Shown here: one piece after another, positions 52,747 through 62,477 of the stretch | Numbering within the stretch: position 1 is the stretch's first letter | Layout of the letters: each line of letters starts with the position of its first letter | Position numbers and translations under genes: made by a program | Notes under the pieces: generated by a model | Database searches by the model: none | The model's input: only the letters and a program-made list of their open reading frames with translations | Told to the model about the DNA's origin: nothing | Assembly: GCA_050182275.1 (NCBI GenBank) | Contig: JBFXCK010000002.1 | Coordinates: forward strand, 154,202-218,201 | Length of the DNA stretch: 64,000 nucleotides | Source: Dongiaceae bacterium | Lineage (GTDB): Bacteria; Pseudomonadota; Alphaproteobacteria; SHNJ01 | Reading direction: 5' to 3'

Positions 52747-52756
52747 TACACTAACT

Positions 52757-53182
52757 ATGGACAACTTACGCGAGTATCTAGAATTCCATGGATTAAGCGC
52801 AGCCGAATTCGCACGGCGTATCGGGATTAAAAGCCGCAGCACCATTTTCCGTTATTTGCGGGGCCGCCGCCCAAGGGCCGATTATAAATCAAAAATATCT
52901 ATTTATATAAATGGTTTAAGTAATAATATTCATATTCAAGATAAATATAATCGCCAACAGGATGCCTCCCTTCATTGGCAAATAGCTTTGATGATCTTAG
53001 GCGCGCGCGTTAAAAAGGGGGGCAAATCCGGCCTTTATACGCTGGATGGGCGCCCTTGCGGAGGAAAAGGCCTCATTCAAGCGGCAAACGCCGAATTGCG
53101 TTGTAAGGGCTTCCCTTTGCTGTTCTATCCAGGTTTAAGGCCTTTACCGGAAAAATCGCCGCCGCGCTGGCGGCCTTATTAG
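52757..53182 (+). CDS. Cro/XRE-like small HTH protein (HTH within the first ~45 aa; remainder low-confidence)
   Basis: LSAAEFARRIGIKSRSTIFRYLRG HTH. Transcribed divergently from the cI-like repressor. Confidence 0.45.
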   Translation: MDNLREYLEFHGLSAAEFARRIGIKSRSTIFRYLRGRRPRADYKSKISIYINGLSNNIHIQDKYNRQQDASLHWQIALMILGARVKKGGKSGLYTLDGRPCGGKGLIQAANAELRCKGFPLLFYPGLRPLPEKSPPRWRPY

Positions 53183-53277
53183 CCCGTAAAGTCTTAATTT
53201 TGTTCAAGCTACGTAAAATTAGGATAAAATGGGGTATACTAAGACTAAGGAAACCATCTTGTAAAACAGGAAAAATA

Positions 53278-53925
53278 GTGAATAAACCTTCATCTTCCGG
53301 CTTTGCTTTAGGCACGATTATTTTGGTGATCGCGCTTTTGGCTGCTGTTACCACGGCCTTTTCGCTGGCCAGCCGCAGCAACCTTTTTACCAATACCGAT
53401 CCTTTGCAGCGCAATGAACTTATACCGGTGCGTGATGGCATGCTGCAAATCGCCGCCGCCACGCGGCGTATTATTAACAGCTGTCCGGCCGATCCTGTCG
53501 AATATAGCGCATGTTTGGACCGGATTAATGTCAATCCAGAATGCCCGGAATGCGCGAATGATGAAACCGCGGCGCGGCATTGGGTGTATCAACCAATTTA
53601 TGGGGGCGCTTCGCTTTTTCACATCCGCCCGCGCTATTTGGCCGATATACAAGTTCCGGTCAGCTGGGTTCTCGCGCGCAATGTCCGCCCGGCGCGCGGC
53701 GGGGCTTTAATCCCGGTGGTGATATATGCCGAAGGTTTTTCCAGCCATGCCTGCCGCTTGCTTAACGAGATTATCAGTCTGCGCCCGCTTGCTGCAACCT
53801 TTACCGCTCCGGCTTTACAATCTTTTGGCACTTTGCCATACGATGCGGTAGAAGGATGCTTCGTGGTATCGGGAACAAATGGAATGCGCACTCAATATTT
53901 TTATGTCGTCGGAGGGCGTCAATGA
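53278..53925 (+). CDS. pilin/pseudopilin-like protein A: short basic leader, N-terminal hydrophobic helix, Cys-rich periplasmic domain
   Basis: GTG start preceded by AGGA. MNKPSSSG|FALGTIILVIALLAAVTTAF resembles a prepilin leader but lacks Glu5. Cys cluster CPADPVEYSAC...CPECAND. Confidence 0.5.
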   Translation: MNKPSSSGFALGTIILVIALLAAVTTAFSLASRSNLFTNTDPLQRNELIPVRDGMLQIAAATRRIINSCPADPVEYSACLDRINVNPECPECANDETAARHWVYQPIYGGASLFHIRPRYLADIQVPVSWVLARNVRPARGGALIPVVIYAEGFSSHACRLLNEIISLRPLAATFTAPALQSFGTLPYDAVEGCFVVSGTNGMRTQYFYVVGGRQ

Positions 53926-54614
53926 GTCATCATAAGTTTTTCAGCCGGGGTTTCGCCATCGGCACTGTATTGCTGGTCATTGTCTTGATGGCCTCCACCA
54001 TGATGGCGTTTTCCGCCCTTCGCGGCGATCAAACCAGTATGGTGATGGATGATAAATACCGCAGCCTGGCTGGCGTTGTGCGCGCCCAAGCCAGCGATAT
54101 TCAGCGCATTTACCTGCGTGTTCATGATGGAATGCCGGAACCAGAAAAATCTGATCCGACCGCCAATATCCGCGTTTGCATTCCCAATGCGGGCTGCACT
54201 TGTTCGCCGCCGGCTCAGCCTTGCGTCTTTGGATCAACCGGCGGCGCCTTAATTCAGCCAACCTTGCGCCGCGATATTTTCGCCGATAGCGTCAGCGACA
54301 CCAGTTATTTCACTGACCCTTGGCGCGTGGCCAAAATCCAAGTTCCCATCGGGCGCCATACCGCGGAAGGCGAAACAACCGACTGGGCTATCATGCTTTA
54401 TTTGCGCGCGCCGGTGCGCCAGGAAGTATGTGAAAAAATCAATTTTTATGCCGCGCGGGGGCGCACCTATCCAACGGTAGCGCCGCAATATTTCACCGAT
54501 CTTATCGCCGGAAGCCAGGTTTTGGACATGGCGCAAAGCGCCGATTTTTGCATTCCGGTTAATACTTCGCCACCGGCCGGGCGTTATGTTTTGATCATCG
54601 GCTCTCATCCTTAA
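53922..54614 (+). CDS. pilin/pseudopilin-like protein B, paralogue of A
   Basis: MSHHKFFSRG|FAIGTVLLVIVLMASTMMAF. Cys cluster CIPNAGCTCSPPAQPC. Shared IQVP block. ATGA overlap with gene A. Confidence 0.5.
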   Translation: MSHHKFFSRGFAIGTVLLVIVLMASTMMAFSALRGDQTSMVMDDKYRSLAGVVRAQASDIQRIYLRVHDGMPEPEKSDPTANIRVCIPNAGCTCSPPAQPCVFGSTGGALIQPTLRRDIFADSVSDTSYFTDPWRVAKIQVPIGRHTAEGETTDWAIMLYLRAPVRQEVCEKINFYAARGRTYPTVAPQYFTDLIAGSQVLDMAQSADFCIPVNTSPPAGRYVLIIGSHP

Positions 54615-54624
54615 AAATTTTGTT

Positions 54625-55137
54625 ATGCGTTTTTGGTTTTTCCTTTTTCTTCTTGGTTCGGTGCTGGCGGCTTGCAACCGCGGCAACCATTCGCCCGAAG
54701 CCGGCTTTTGCCGCGCCGTGGTGGAAGATGTGTTTGTAAGCAATCAGGACCTTGATATTCAAGAAGTGGCCGTTAACGCGAAAAATCCCAAAGGCCAAGT
54801 GACGGTGATTTACAGCGTGCTGGATACCACCGGACGGCGGGTAAATGATAAAGCTGTTTGTTCCTTCAATCCCGATCTGGGAGCGAAGGGCGGTTTACTG
54901 TCGCTTCACCAGCTAGGCGCCGATATTCCCGCGATTCATGTGGCGTTTTTAAATCAGCGCTTGGGCGGAAAATTCGGCTACCGGGCCCCGCCGCTGGTTT
55001 CCCGTAAAGCGGCGGCTCCGCCTGCCGAAGCGCCTAAGATAAATCCGCCGCCTGCGCCCGCGCCCGAGGCGGAGACGCCCAAGCCTAAAGACAGCTCGGT
55101 GCCCGACGATACGCCGGCGCCCGATATGGGCGACTAG
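54625..55137 (+). CDS. hypothetical lipoprotein with Pro-rich C-terminal tail
   Basis: Lipobox LAAC after MRFWFFLFLLGSV. Confidence 0.55.
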   Translation: MRFWFFLFLLGSVLAACNRGNHSPEAGFCRAVVEDVFVSNQDLDIQEVAVNAKNPKGQVTVIYSVLDTTGRRVNDKAVCSFNPDLGAKGGLLSLHQLGADIPAIHVAFLNQRLGGKFGYRAPPLVSRKAAAPPAEAPKINPPPAPAPEAETPKPKDSSVPDDTPAPDMGD

Positions 55138-55146
55138 GCTTTAAGC

Positions 55147-55692
55147 TTAAGCCGCTTTTTTACCGGGCATTACTTTCGGGAAATCAACATCGGTTTGCGC
55201 GACGTGATTAAAGAAATTGGTATAAAAATTAATCGCAATGCAAGCGACTACCTCGGCGATTTCGCCTTCGCTTAATTGCTGTTTGGCCGATTGCAAATCG
55301 GTGTCGCTGATATTGCCCTTGGTCTGAATAATAGTTTTAGTCAGTTTCAGCGCCGCCGCGGTTTTAGCATCGGTTGATTGATAATTGCGCGCCGATAGGG
55401 CGGCTTCATCGGTTAGCCCCGCTTTCTTGCCGATAGCGGTATGTGCCGATAAACAATATTGGCAGGAATTTTCTTCGGCAACCGCCAAGGCAATGGCTTC
55501 ACGCGCCGCGGGAGTTAAGCTGGCTTCGCTTAGAGCCGCGCTCATCCCTTGATATGCGCCAAGAGCGGCTGGCGAATTGGCGAGCGCTTTAAAAATATTC
55601 GGAATGGTTCCAAGCTTCGCTTGAACGGCGTTCAGCATGTCTTTGCTTTTGCCGGGAGCAGTGGCGGGTTCGAGATAGGAAAGACGGGCCAT
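55147..55692 (-). CDS. AhpD-like carboxymuconolactone decarboxylase family protein
   Basis: CQYCLSAH (CxxCxxxH) AhpD core motif. Confidence 0.75.
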   Translation of the reverse strand: MARLSYLEPATAPGKSKDMLNAVQAKLGTIPNIFKALANSPAALGAYQGMSAALSEASLTPAAREAIALAVAEENSCQYCLSAHTAIGKKAGLTDEAALSARNYQSTDAKTAAALKLTKTIIQTKGNISDTDLQSAKQQLSEGEIAEVVACIAINFYTNFFNHVAQTDVDFPKVMPGKKAA

Positions 55693-56100
55693 GGAAAATC
55701 TCCTTTTGTTTGAAAGATAGGGTCAGGGTTAAAGGTAGGAGATTGGAAGCAAAACACAAGCGAAATATTTGTGACTATCCACCGGCTTGACAATAAGCTT
55801 ATGGGTAGTAGGATGCCGGACGAATAAAAACTCAACAATTAAAAGAGGGTATAACAATGCGTCATCGTAAATTAGCAAGCCGGCGGGCTGCGGTTGCCGT
55901 CAGAACAAGTTTGCCATTAGTCAAGGCCGCCGTTTTATGTTGCGTTGCTATAGATGAAGTTGCCGGCGCCCAAAAGGCGCGCGAAATTGCAGAATTGGCC
56001 GCCAGCAAAGTAGAAAAAATAAAGGGTAAAAGCGGCCGGAAACTTTTTTTGCAGCGCTTAAAAGCACTAGGCCTTCACCACTCTCTTTAAAAGGATATTT

Positions 56101-58899
56101 TTAAGCAATCCGGCGGATTTCAGCGGTGGGTTTAATCACCCGCTCGGCCGGGAAAATGGCGGTGATGGTGGTGCCTTCGCCCTCCACGCTTTGCAATTCC
56201 AAGCGCCCGCCATGCAGTTCAACCAATGATTTTGTCACAGGGATGCCAAGGCCGGTGCCTTGTGCATCGCTTTGCTTGGTTTTGCTGGAACGCACATAGC
56301 GCTGCATTACTTTGTCAATTTCTTCCGCCGGAATCCCGACACCGGTGTCAATCACCGCGATCGCCAATTCTTTTTCTTTCATTGCCGCGGTAATCGTAAC
56401 CTTGCCGCCGGGCAGGGTGAACTTCACCGCGTTGGAAAGCATATTGAGAATAATCTGCCTGAGCTTGGTTTCATCGCCTTTGAGATCGGGCAGCTTATCG
56501 GCGATTTCCACCTGCAGTTTGACTTTGCCTTTTTGCGCCGCTTCGCGCACCAGCGCCAGGCAGTGACGGATAATCGGTTCGATTTTCACTTCCGCGTCAT
56601 TCAATTCCAGCATGCCGGCTTCCATGCGTGAAAGATCAAGCGTGTTATTGACCAAGTCAAATAAATGCTTGCCGCTTTCATGAATGTCTTCGGCATAAGA
56701 GAGGTAGCGTTCATGGCCAAGCGGGCCGAACAATTCGCGTTTTAAAACATCGGCGAAACCGATAATCGCGTTTAACGGCGTGCGCAATTCATGGCTGATT
56801 TCGGCCAGGAAGTCGGATTTGGCGCGGCTGGCTTGCACCGCTAAATCTTTGCTCGATTCCAAATCTTGCTGGAATTCTTTGCGCCCCGTAATGTCGCGCA
56901 AAATCACCAGCCAGCTCATATGGCGGCCCGCCATGTCGTTGACCGGCACGAGGCTGACCTCGGCCCAGAAATGCCCGCCTTCTTTGCGGCGGTAGCGGAT
57001 TTCGAAATTGCTGTTTTCCCGCTTTTTCATTTGCTGGCGGATGTCTTGCACCTTATCCAGATTGGTTTCTTCGCCCTCGAACATTAACAGAGTTTGATCG
57101 ACAATTTCTTCGATTTCATAGCCGGTGATTTTGGCGGCGGCGGCATTGGCGAAAACGATGCGGGGGCCGGCGCCATCAATCGGCCCGGCTTCGGTAATCA
57201 GAATGCCATCATTGGCGTTAATCGCGGCCAGTTGGAATAATTTCAGGCTTGATTCAACTTGCTTGCGTTCGGTGATGTCTTCAACGGTGGTGACGCGCAG
57301 CATGCTGCCATCGGCGCGGCGCAGGCGCCCGGCGGTTAAGTGAATATCGATCGGGCGGCCATCGCGGTGAATGCCGATACCTTCGCCCGGCGATTCCAAG
57401 CCATCCATCAGGAAATTGCGGTACGCATCGCGCGCCAATTGATGATCGGTCGAGGGCATTAAAATGGTGAATTCGCGGCCCAGTAATTCTTTCGGCTCAT
57501 AGCCATAAATGCGGCAGAAGGCCTGATTGACGCGTACAAAACGGCCGCTTTCATCGCTAACGCCGATGCCGATTTGGGCGGAATCCAGAATCGAGGAAAG
57601 CAAGCGTTCGCTGTCCCGAAGCGCGATTTCCGCTTTGACGTTTTTAATGGCGTTGGCGATAATGTCGGCGGCCGATTGCAGAAATTGCACCGCAGCTTTG
57701 GAATAAAGGCGGGCCTCGCTGCTTTGCACGCTTAACACGCCGTACGGGCCGTTCAAGCCCGAAATTACCAGGGTAACGCCGCTTTTGATATTATGCTCCG
57801 CCTCCAGGGCGGTTGAGGTAAAACGTTTTTCCTGCTCGATATTTTCCACCACCACCGGCTGCAAGGTTTTCAGCGCGATCGAAGATTGCGAGCTTTCCCA
57901 AATCGATTCGGCATGGTTGCCGATTTTATGGCCGTCTATGCCGGTTGCAGCGCGAAGAAGCAGAATTTGTTCGGTGCTTAAATATTCTTCGATTTTACAA
58001 AAGGGGACATTCAGCGCCCGGGCGATGGTGTCGGCGGCGCGCTGCAGCAAGGGCTGCAGTTCAAGCTGGGAAAGGGCCAATTGCCCCAAATCGGCGATTG
58101 CGCGCTGTTCCTTGATTTTTTCTTCTAATTCAATATCGGAAATTTTTTGGTCGGTAATGTCGATCGAAGCGCCAACCAATTCCAGCACTTGCCCATCGGC
58201 GGCCAAAGCCGGCTGTAAAAGAGTGCGGAAAGAACGGCGGCCGCCTTGCGGCATATCAAGCGTGACTTCATAGGTCATCGCTTGTTTGGTGCGGTAGCAT
58301 TGCTGGTATTTTTTGACCAGGTCGGCGGCTTGATCGGAAGGGTAAAGGTCGGCCGGTTTTTTCCCGTCACGCTGGGTATTGCTGATGCCGATAAGCAATT
58401 CATGGGCGCGGTTCTGGCCGGCATAAATAAACTCGCCCTCGGCATTCATAGCGATACGGAATAAAGCGGCTGGCGACTGCGCGAAAATATTTTCAAAATA
58501 GCCCGGAGGCGAGATGCCGGGCGCCGCCTGGACGGGGGTAAAGGCCGCCAAATAATAGGCGTTTTGCAAAGTTTGCGCGACCGGTACAATGGTGAAATCC
58601 ACCGGCGCGGTTTTGTTGAGGCCGGTGCGTAATAGTACGGTTTCCTGCCAGCGGTTACCGGCGGAAGCGAGCAATTGATTCCACGCGGCGTCAAGCAGCG
58701 CAGCATTGCTTTCCAGCACCGAGATAATTTTTTGCCCCTCCAAAAATTGGGCGGAGATTTGCCAGAATTCGAGAGCGGCTTGATTGAGCGAGATAATGCG
58801 CGCTTGGCTGACGGGCGTATCCTTGGCCTGCTCAAGCAGCAACATAGGTTCGCGGCAGAGCTGCGCTATCTGCTGAAAATAATCCTGTGGTGTTGCCAT
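56101..58899 (-). CDS. cytoplasmic multi-sensor histidine kinase (several PAS domains, GAF domain, HisKA, HATPase_c)
   Basis: H-box ISHELRTPLNAIIGFADVL. G-boxes DTGVGIP / GTGLGIP. No TM segments. 932 aa. Confidence 0.85.
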   Translation of the reverse strand: MATPQDYFQQIAQLCREPMLLLEQAKDTPVSQARIISLNQAALEFWQISAQFLEGQKIISVLESNAALLDAAWNQLLASAGNRWQETVLLRTGLNKTAPVDFTIVPVAQTLQNAYYLAAFTPVQAAPGISPPGYFENIFAQSPAALFRIAMNAEGEFIYAGQNRAHELLIGISNTQRDGKKPADLYPSDQAADLVKKYQQCYRTKQAMTYEVTLDMPQGGRRSFRTLLQPALAADGQVLELVGASIDITDQKISDIELEEKIKEQRAIADLGQLALSQLELQPLLQRAADTIARALNVPFCKIEEYLSTEQILLLRAATGIDGHKIGNHAESIWESSQSSIALKTLQPVVVENIEQEKRFTSTALEAEHNIKSGVTLVISGLNGPYGVLSVQSSEARLYSKAAVQFLQSAADIIANAIKNVKAEIALRDSERLLSSILDSAQIGIGVSDESGRFVRVNQAFCRIYGYEPKELLGREFTILMPSTDHQLARDAYRNFLMDGLESPGEGIGIHRDGRPIDIHLTAGRLRRADGSMLRVTTVEDITERKQVESSLKLFQLAAINANDGILITEAGPIDGAGPRIVFANAAAAKITGYEIEEIVDQTLLMFEGEETNLDKVQDIRQQMKKRENSNFEIRYRRKEGGHFWAEVSLVPVNDMAGRHMSWLVILRDITGRKEFQQDLESSKDLAVQASRAKSDFLAEISHELRTPLNAIIGFADVLKRELFGPLGHERYLSYAEDIHESGKHLFDLVNNTLDLSRMEAGMLELNDAEVKIEPIIRHCLALVREAAQKGKVKLQVEIADKLPDLKGDETKLRQIILNMLSNAVKFTLPGGKVTITAAMKEKELAIAVIDTGVGIPAEEIDKVMQRYVRSSKTKQSDAQGTGLGIPVTKSLVELHGGRLELQSVEGEGTTITAIFPAERVIKPTAEIRRIA

Positions 58900-59062
58900 T
58901 ATTCCTTACCCGCGCCTTACATCTTTTAGATGTCTTTTAGCTTTAGCCTTTATGCCCTATTTTCCAGTTTTATCTTTGCTGAGGAAATATATCATATCCT
59001 TAAAGATTATGCTTGTTATTTTTGAGAATTAACCATTTTTACTCCACATTGATTGTTAACGG

Positions 59063-59767
59063 TTATGAATTAATCCAATTTTTCCAATATTTAGCAAGGG
59101 TTTTTGGGCTTTCCAGTGGCGTTAAATGCCCCGCCTGTGCTACCTGGAAAAATTCTGAATTGGGGATAATTTGGGCCATCTCCTGCATTGCCGGCGCAGG
59201 GGTTAAAACATCTTCTTCTCCCGCAATAACTAGAGCAGGGCAAGTAATATGGGGTAATAAGGGGCGGCTATCGACACGGCCAATAATTGCTTTTTGGTGG
59301 CGGATATAAACGTCTTTTCCCGCCTCCATAGCCATTTTTTTAACAGTTTTAACAAGATTTTGATCCTGTAAGCTGGTTTTACTCAAAAAGCGCGGTAAAA
59401 GACGGCTGAAAAAAGTGGAAAATTCAATTTTCTGGGCTAAATCGATCATTTCTAGCCTGAATTTGGTTTGTTCAGGGGTGTCGGGCAGGGCGGTAGTGTT
59501 AAATAAAGCTAGTTTTTTAACGCGGTCAGGCGCTTGGCGCAGGATTTCAAATGCTACATAACCACCCATTGATAAAGCCCCAAGATAAAATGCCCCTTCC
59601 ACTTGTTTTAGTATCGCTTTAGCCATATCTTCTATAGTGCTGTAATCATTGATATTTAAAATAACAACAGCGCTAGATGGCCGGGCTATTTCCAATAGCG
59701 GCTCCCAAAGCTTGGCATTGCATAAAAGGCCGGGGATAAGAATAAGGGCGGGCTGTAAAATCGGCAA
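59063..59767 (-). CDS. alpha/beta-fold hydrolase
   Basis: GALSMGG nucleophile elbow. AGHL catalytic His region. Confidence 0.8.
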   Translation of the reverse strand: MPILQPALILIPGLLCNAKLWEPLLEIARPSSAVVILNINDYSTIEDMAKAILKQVEGAFYLGALSMGGYVAFEILRQAPDRVKKLALFNTTALPDTPEQTKFRLEMIDLAQKIEFSTFFSRLLPRFLSKTSLQDQNLVKTVKKMAMEAGKDVYIRHQKAIIGRVDSRPLLPHITCPALVIAGEEDVLTPAPAMQEMAQIIPNSEFFQVAQAGHLTPLESPKTLAKYWKNWINS

Positions 59768-59849
59768 AATTCTTTCCTGTTTCGTTTAAAGTGGTTCTAT
59801 GATAAGAGCGAAAGCTAATAAATACTAGAGAGAGAAAAAACAACAACAT

Positions 59850-61292
59850 ATGTCCTTCACCGATCTTGGTTTAAGCGAAGACGTCTTAAAAGCCGTCGCT
59901 GATACCGGCTATACCACGCCGACCCCTATTCAAGAGCAAGCCATCCCGCAAGTTTTATACGGAAGGGATTTGGTGGCCTGTGCGCAAACCGGCACCGGCA
60001 AAACGGCATCCTTTATTTTGCCGATGATCGATATTTTATCCTCCGGCCGCCCCAAAGCGCGCATGCCGCGTTCTTTGATTTTAGAGCCAACCCGTGAATT
60101 AGCCGCCCAAGTGGCCGAAAATTTTCAAACTTACGGCAAATATCACCCGTTAAGCATGGCGCTTCTTATCGGCGGCATGGCGTTTGAAGAGCAAGAAAAA
60201 GCGCTGGAGCGCGGCGTTGATGTGTTGATCGCCACGCCGGGCCGTTTGCTGGATCATTTCAATAACGGCAAAGTTCTATTGAATGACGTGAAAATTTTCG
60301 TTCTCGATGAAGCCGACCGCATGTTGGATATGGGCTTCATTCCCGATATTGAGGAGATTGTTAAAAAGCTTCCCACCATCCGCCAAACCTTGATGTTTTC
60401 GGCCACTATGGCGCCGGAAATCCGCCGCCTGGCCAGCGCCTTTTTAATGAATCCGCGGGAAATTCATATTGCGCCCCAGACATCGACCGCCACCACGGTT
60501 ACGCAATATCAGGTAAAGGCTCCGTCTTTTCACAAGGCCAAGCGCGATACCTTGCGGGCGATTTTACGCCATGTTGAATGGCAAAATGCGATGATTTTTT
60601 CCAACCGCAAAACCGAAGTCGATGTCATCGCCAAATCCTTGCAAAAACATGGATTCAAGGCGGCGGCGATGCATGGCGATATGCCGCAATCGGCGCGTAA
60701 CGCTACCCTGGAAAAATTCAAGCAAAATGAAATCACGCTTTTGGTATGCAGCGATGTTGCGGCGCGGGGCCTTGATATCGACGATTTAAGCCTGGTTATT
60801 AATTACGACGTGCCTTTTAATGCCGAGGATTATGTCCATCGCATTGGCCGCACGGGCCGCGCCGGCAAAGAGGGCACGGCGATTATGATTGTCACCCGCG
60901 ATGATGACAAAACTTTAAGCGCGGTCACCAGCTTGATTAAAAAAGAAATTCCGCTTTTGCCCAATTTTGAATCAGAGGCATCGGAAAATTCCGAAGAAAT
61001 GGATGCGCCGCATGCCCGCGCCGGGCGCTATGGCCGCCGCAACCGCCATCAAGGCGGACGCAACCGTTTTGGAAAGAAAGCGGCGCCGCAACAAGATGCA
61101 CCGCCGGCATCATCCGCGCCTCCTGCTCCGCGTGAGAAAAAATTCACTCCGCCGAAACACTCCCAACGCCGCCAAGAAGAAAGAAGAGGGGAACAGCCCC
61201 GTCCGCGCCATTCGCCTAAACCGGCCAAGGGTGAAAAAGCCCCGGTTGCTTTCGGCGAGCATGTGCCGTCTTTTATGGCAAGAAAGCCTTAA
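59850..61292 (+). CDS. DEAD-box ATP-dependent RNA helicase with basic C-terminal tail
   Basis: Q-motif, AQTGTGKTASF, DEAD, SAT, HRIGRTGRAG motifs. Arg/Pro-rich tail. Confidence 0.9.
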   Translation: MSFTDLGLSEDVLKAVADTGYTTPTPIQEQAIPQVLYGRDLVACAQTGTGKTASFILPMIDILSSGRPKARMPRSLILEPTRELAAQVAENFQTYGKYHPLSMALLIGGMAFEEQEKALERGVDVLIATPGRLLDHFNNGKVLLNDVKIFVLDEADRMLDMGFIPDIEEIVKKLPTIRQTLMFSATMAPEIRRLASAFLMNPREIHIAPQTSTATTVTQYQVKAPSFHKAKRDTLRAILRHVEWQNAMIFSNRKTEVDVIAKSLQKHGFKAAAMHGDMPQSARNATLEKFKQNEITLLVCSDVAARGLDIDDLSLVINYDVPFNAEDYVHRIGRTGRAGKEGTAIMIVTRDDDKTLSAVTSLIKKEIPLLPNFESEASENSEEMDAPHARAGRYGRRNRHQGGRNRFGKKAAPQQDAPPASSAPPAPREKKFTPPKHSQRRQEERRGEQPRPRHSPKPAKGEKAPVAFGEHVPSFMARKP

Positions 61293-61914
61293 TACGCTTT
61301 ATCACATCCTTAAACATCTCGGCCGTCAACCGTTTGGTTTGCGTATTATAGCGCGAGCAATGATAGGAATCGAACAGCGTAATTTTTTCAGTCAATGGAT
61401 GTACCGCGCCGTGGGCGAAGCGGTTGGCGGACAGTTTTTTATCAAAGGCGCGCAAGACGGCTTGGTGGGAAACGCCGCCCAAGGACAGGATGGCGCGCAA
61501 ATTCGGCATCGCCGCGATTTCGGATTTTAGAAAATTGCCGCAAGTATGCGTCTCTTCCGGCGTTGGTTTGTTTTCCGGCGGCACGCAACGCACGGCGTTG
61601 GTGATGCGGCAATTTTGCAAAATCAGGCCGTCGTCATTCGCGGCGCCATAAGCGCCTTTAGCGAAGCCCGATTCGATCAAACTTTCATACAGCAGCACAC
61701 CCGCATAATCGCCGGTAAAAGGCCGCCCGGTTTGGTTAGCGCCTTTTAAACCCGGCGCCAGGCCGACAATCAAGAAAGACGCTTCCAGCCCGCCAAAGCC
61801 GGGCACAGCGCCATTGAAAAAGGTGGGGAATTTCTTTTGGTTTTGGCAGCGGAATTCCACCAAGCGCGGACATAAGTTGCAGGATGGAGCGGGAAGGGCG
61901 GCTTGGGCTTTCAT
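61273..61914 (-). CDS. uracil-DNA glycosylase superfamily protein (family 4/5-like, Fe-S type)
   Basis: CNLCPRL Cys pair, GLAPG motif-A variant, HP.. motif B. 20-bp 3' overlap with the convergent helicase. Confidence 0.7.
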   Translation of the reverse strand: MKAQAALPAPSCNLCPRLVEFRCQNQKKFPTFFNGAVPGFGGLEASFLIVGLAPGLKGANQTGRPFTGDYAGVLLYESLIESGFAKGAYGAANDDGLILQNCRITNAVRCVPPENKPTPEETHTCGNFLKSEIAAMPNLRAILSLGGVSHQAVLRAFDKKLSANRFAHGAVHPLTEKITLFDSYHCSRYNTQTKRLTAEMFKDVIKRIKAFLP

Positions 61915-62022
61915 TCCCCTCCTTTAGCAAAGAATGCCTAAAAACGGTATAAAATCCTTGCTTTTCACAAAAATTCATTCTATTTAAACGGTTTAGAGGT
62001 AGAGGTATTAAGGAGAAAACAC

Positions 62023-62442
62023 ATGGCACGCGTCACAGTTGAAGATTGCATTGAACTAATTCCTAACCGGTTCGACCTGGTATTGGTCGCGGCGCAGCGC
62101 GCGCGCGATATTTCGGCCGGTTCGGTTTTAACCATCGAGCGCGATGGCGAAAAAAACCCGGTTTTAGCTTTGCGCGAAATCGCCGCTGAAACCATCAATA
62201 TTGATGAGCTAAAAGAATCCCTGATCCATAACTTCCAAAAGATTCCGCAAGTGGAAGAGGAGAAGGAGGAATTAACCGATTTGATCATTTCCGAAGAAGG
62301 TTTTGGCCTTGGCGCTGAAACCGCTTCCGGGGATGACGACGATGATGATGAAGGTGACGAGGAACTAGCCGGCGAATCATTTGAAGACATGATCAACGCC
62401 GAGGAGCCAGCGCCCGCCGCCGATCCCGCGGAAGAAATCTAA
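62023..62442 (+). CDS. rpoZ: DNA-directed RNA polymerase subunit omega with acidic C-terminal extension
   Basis: [28 protein letters not shown]. Confidence 0.9.
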   Translation: MARVTVEDCIELIPNRFDLVLVAAQRARDISAGSVLTIERDGEKNPVLALREIAAETINIDELKESLIHNFQKIPQVEEEKEELTDLIISEEGFGLGAETASGDDDDDDEGDEELAGESFEDMINAEEPAPAADPAEEI

Positions 62443-62477
62443 TTTTAGCCCTTTAAGGGGGTAAAGCGTAGGCGAAC

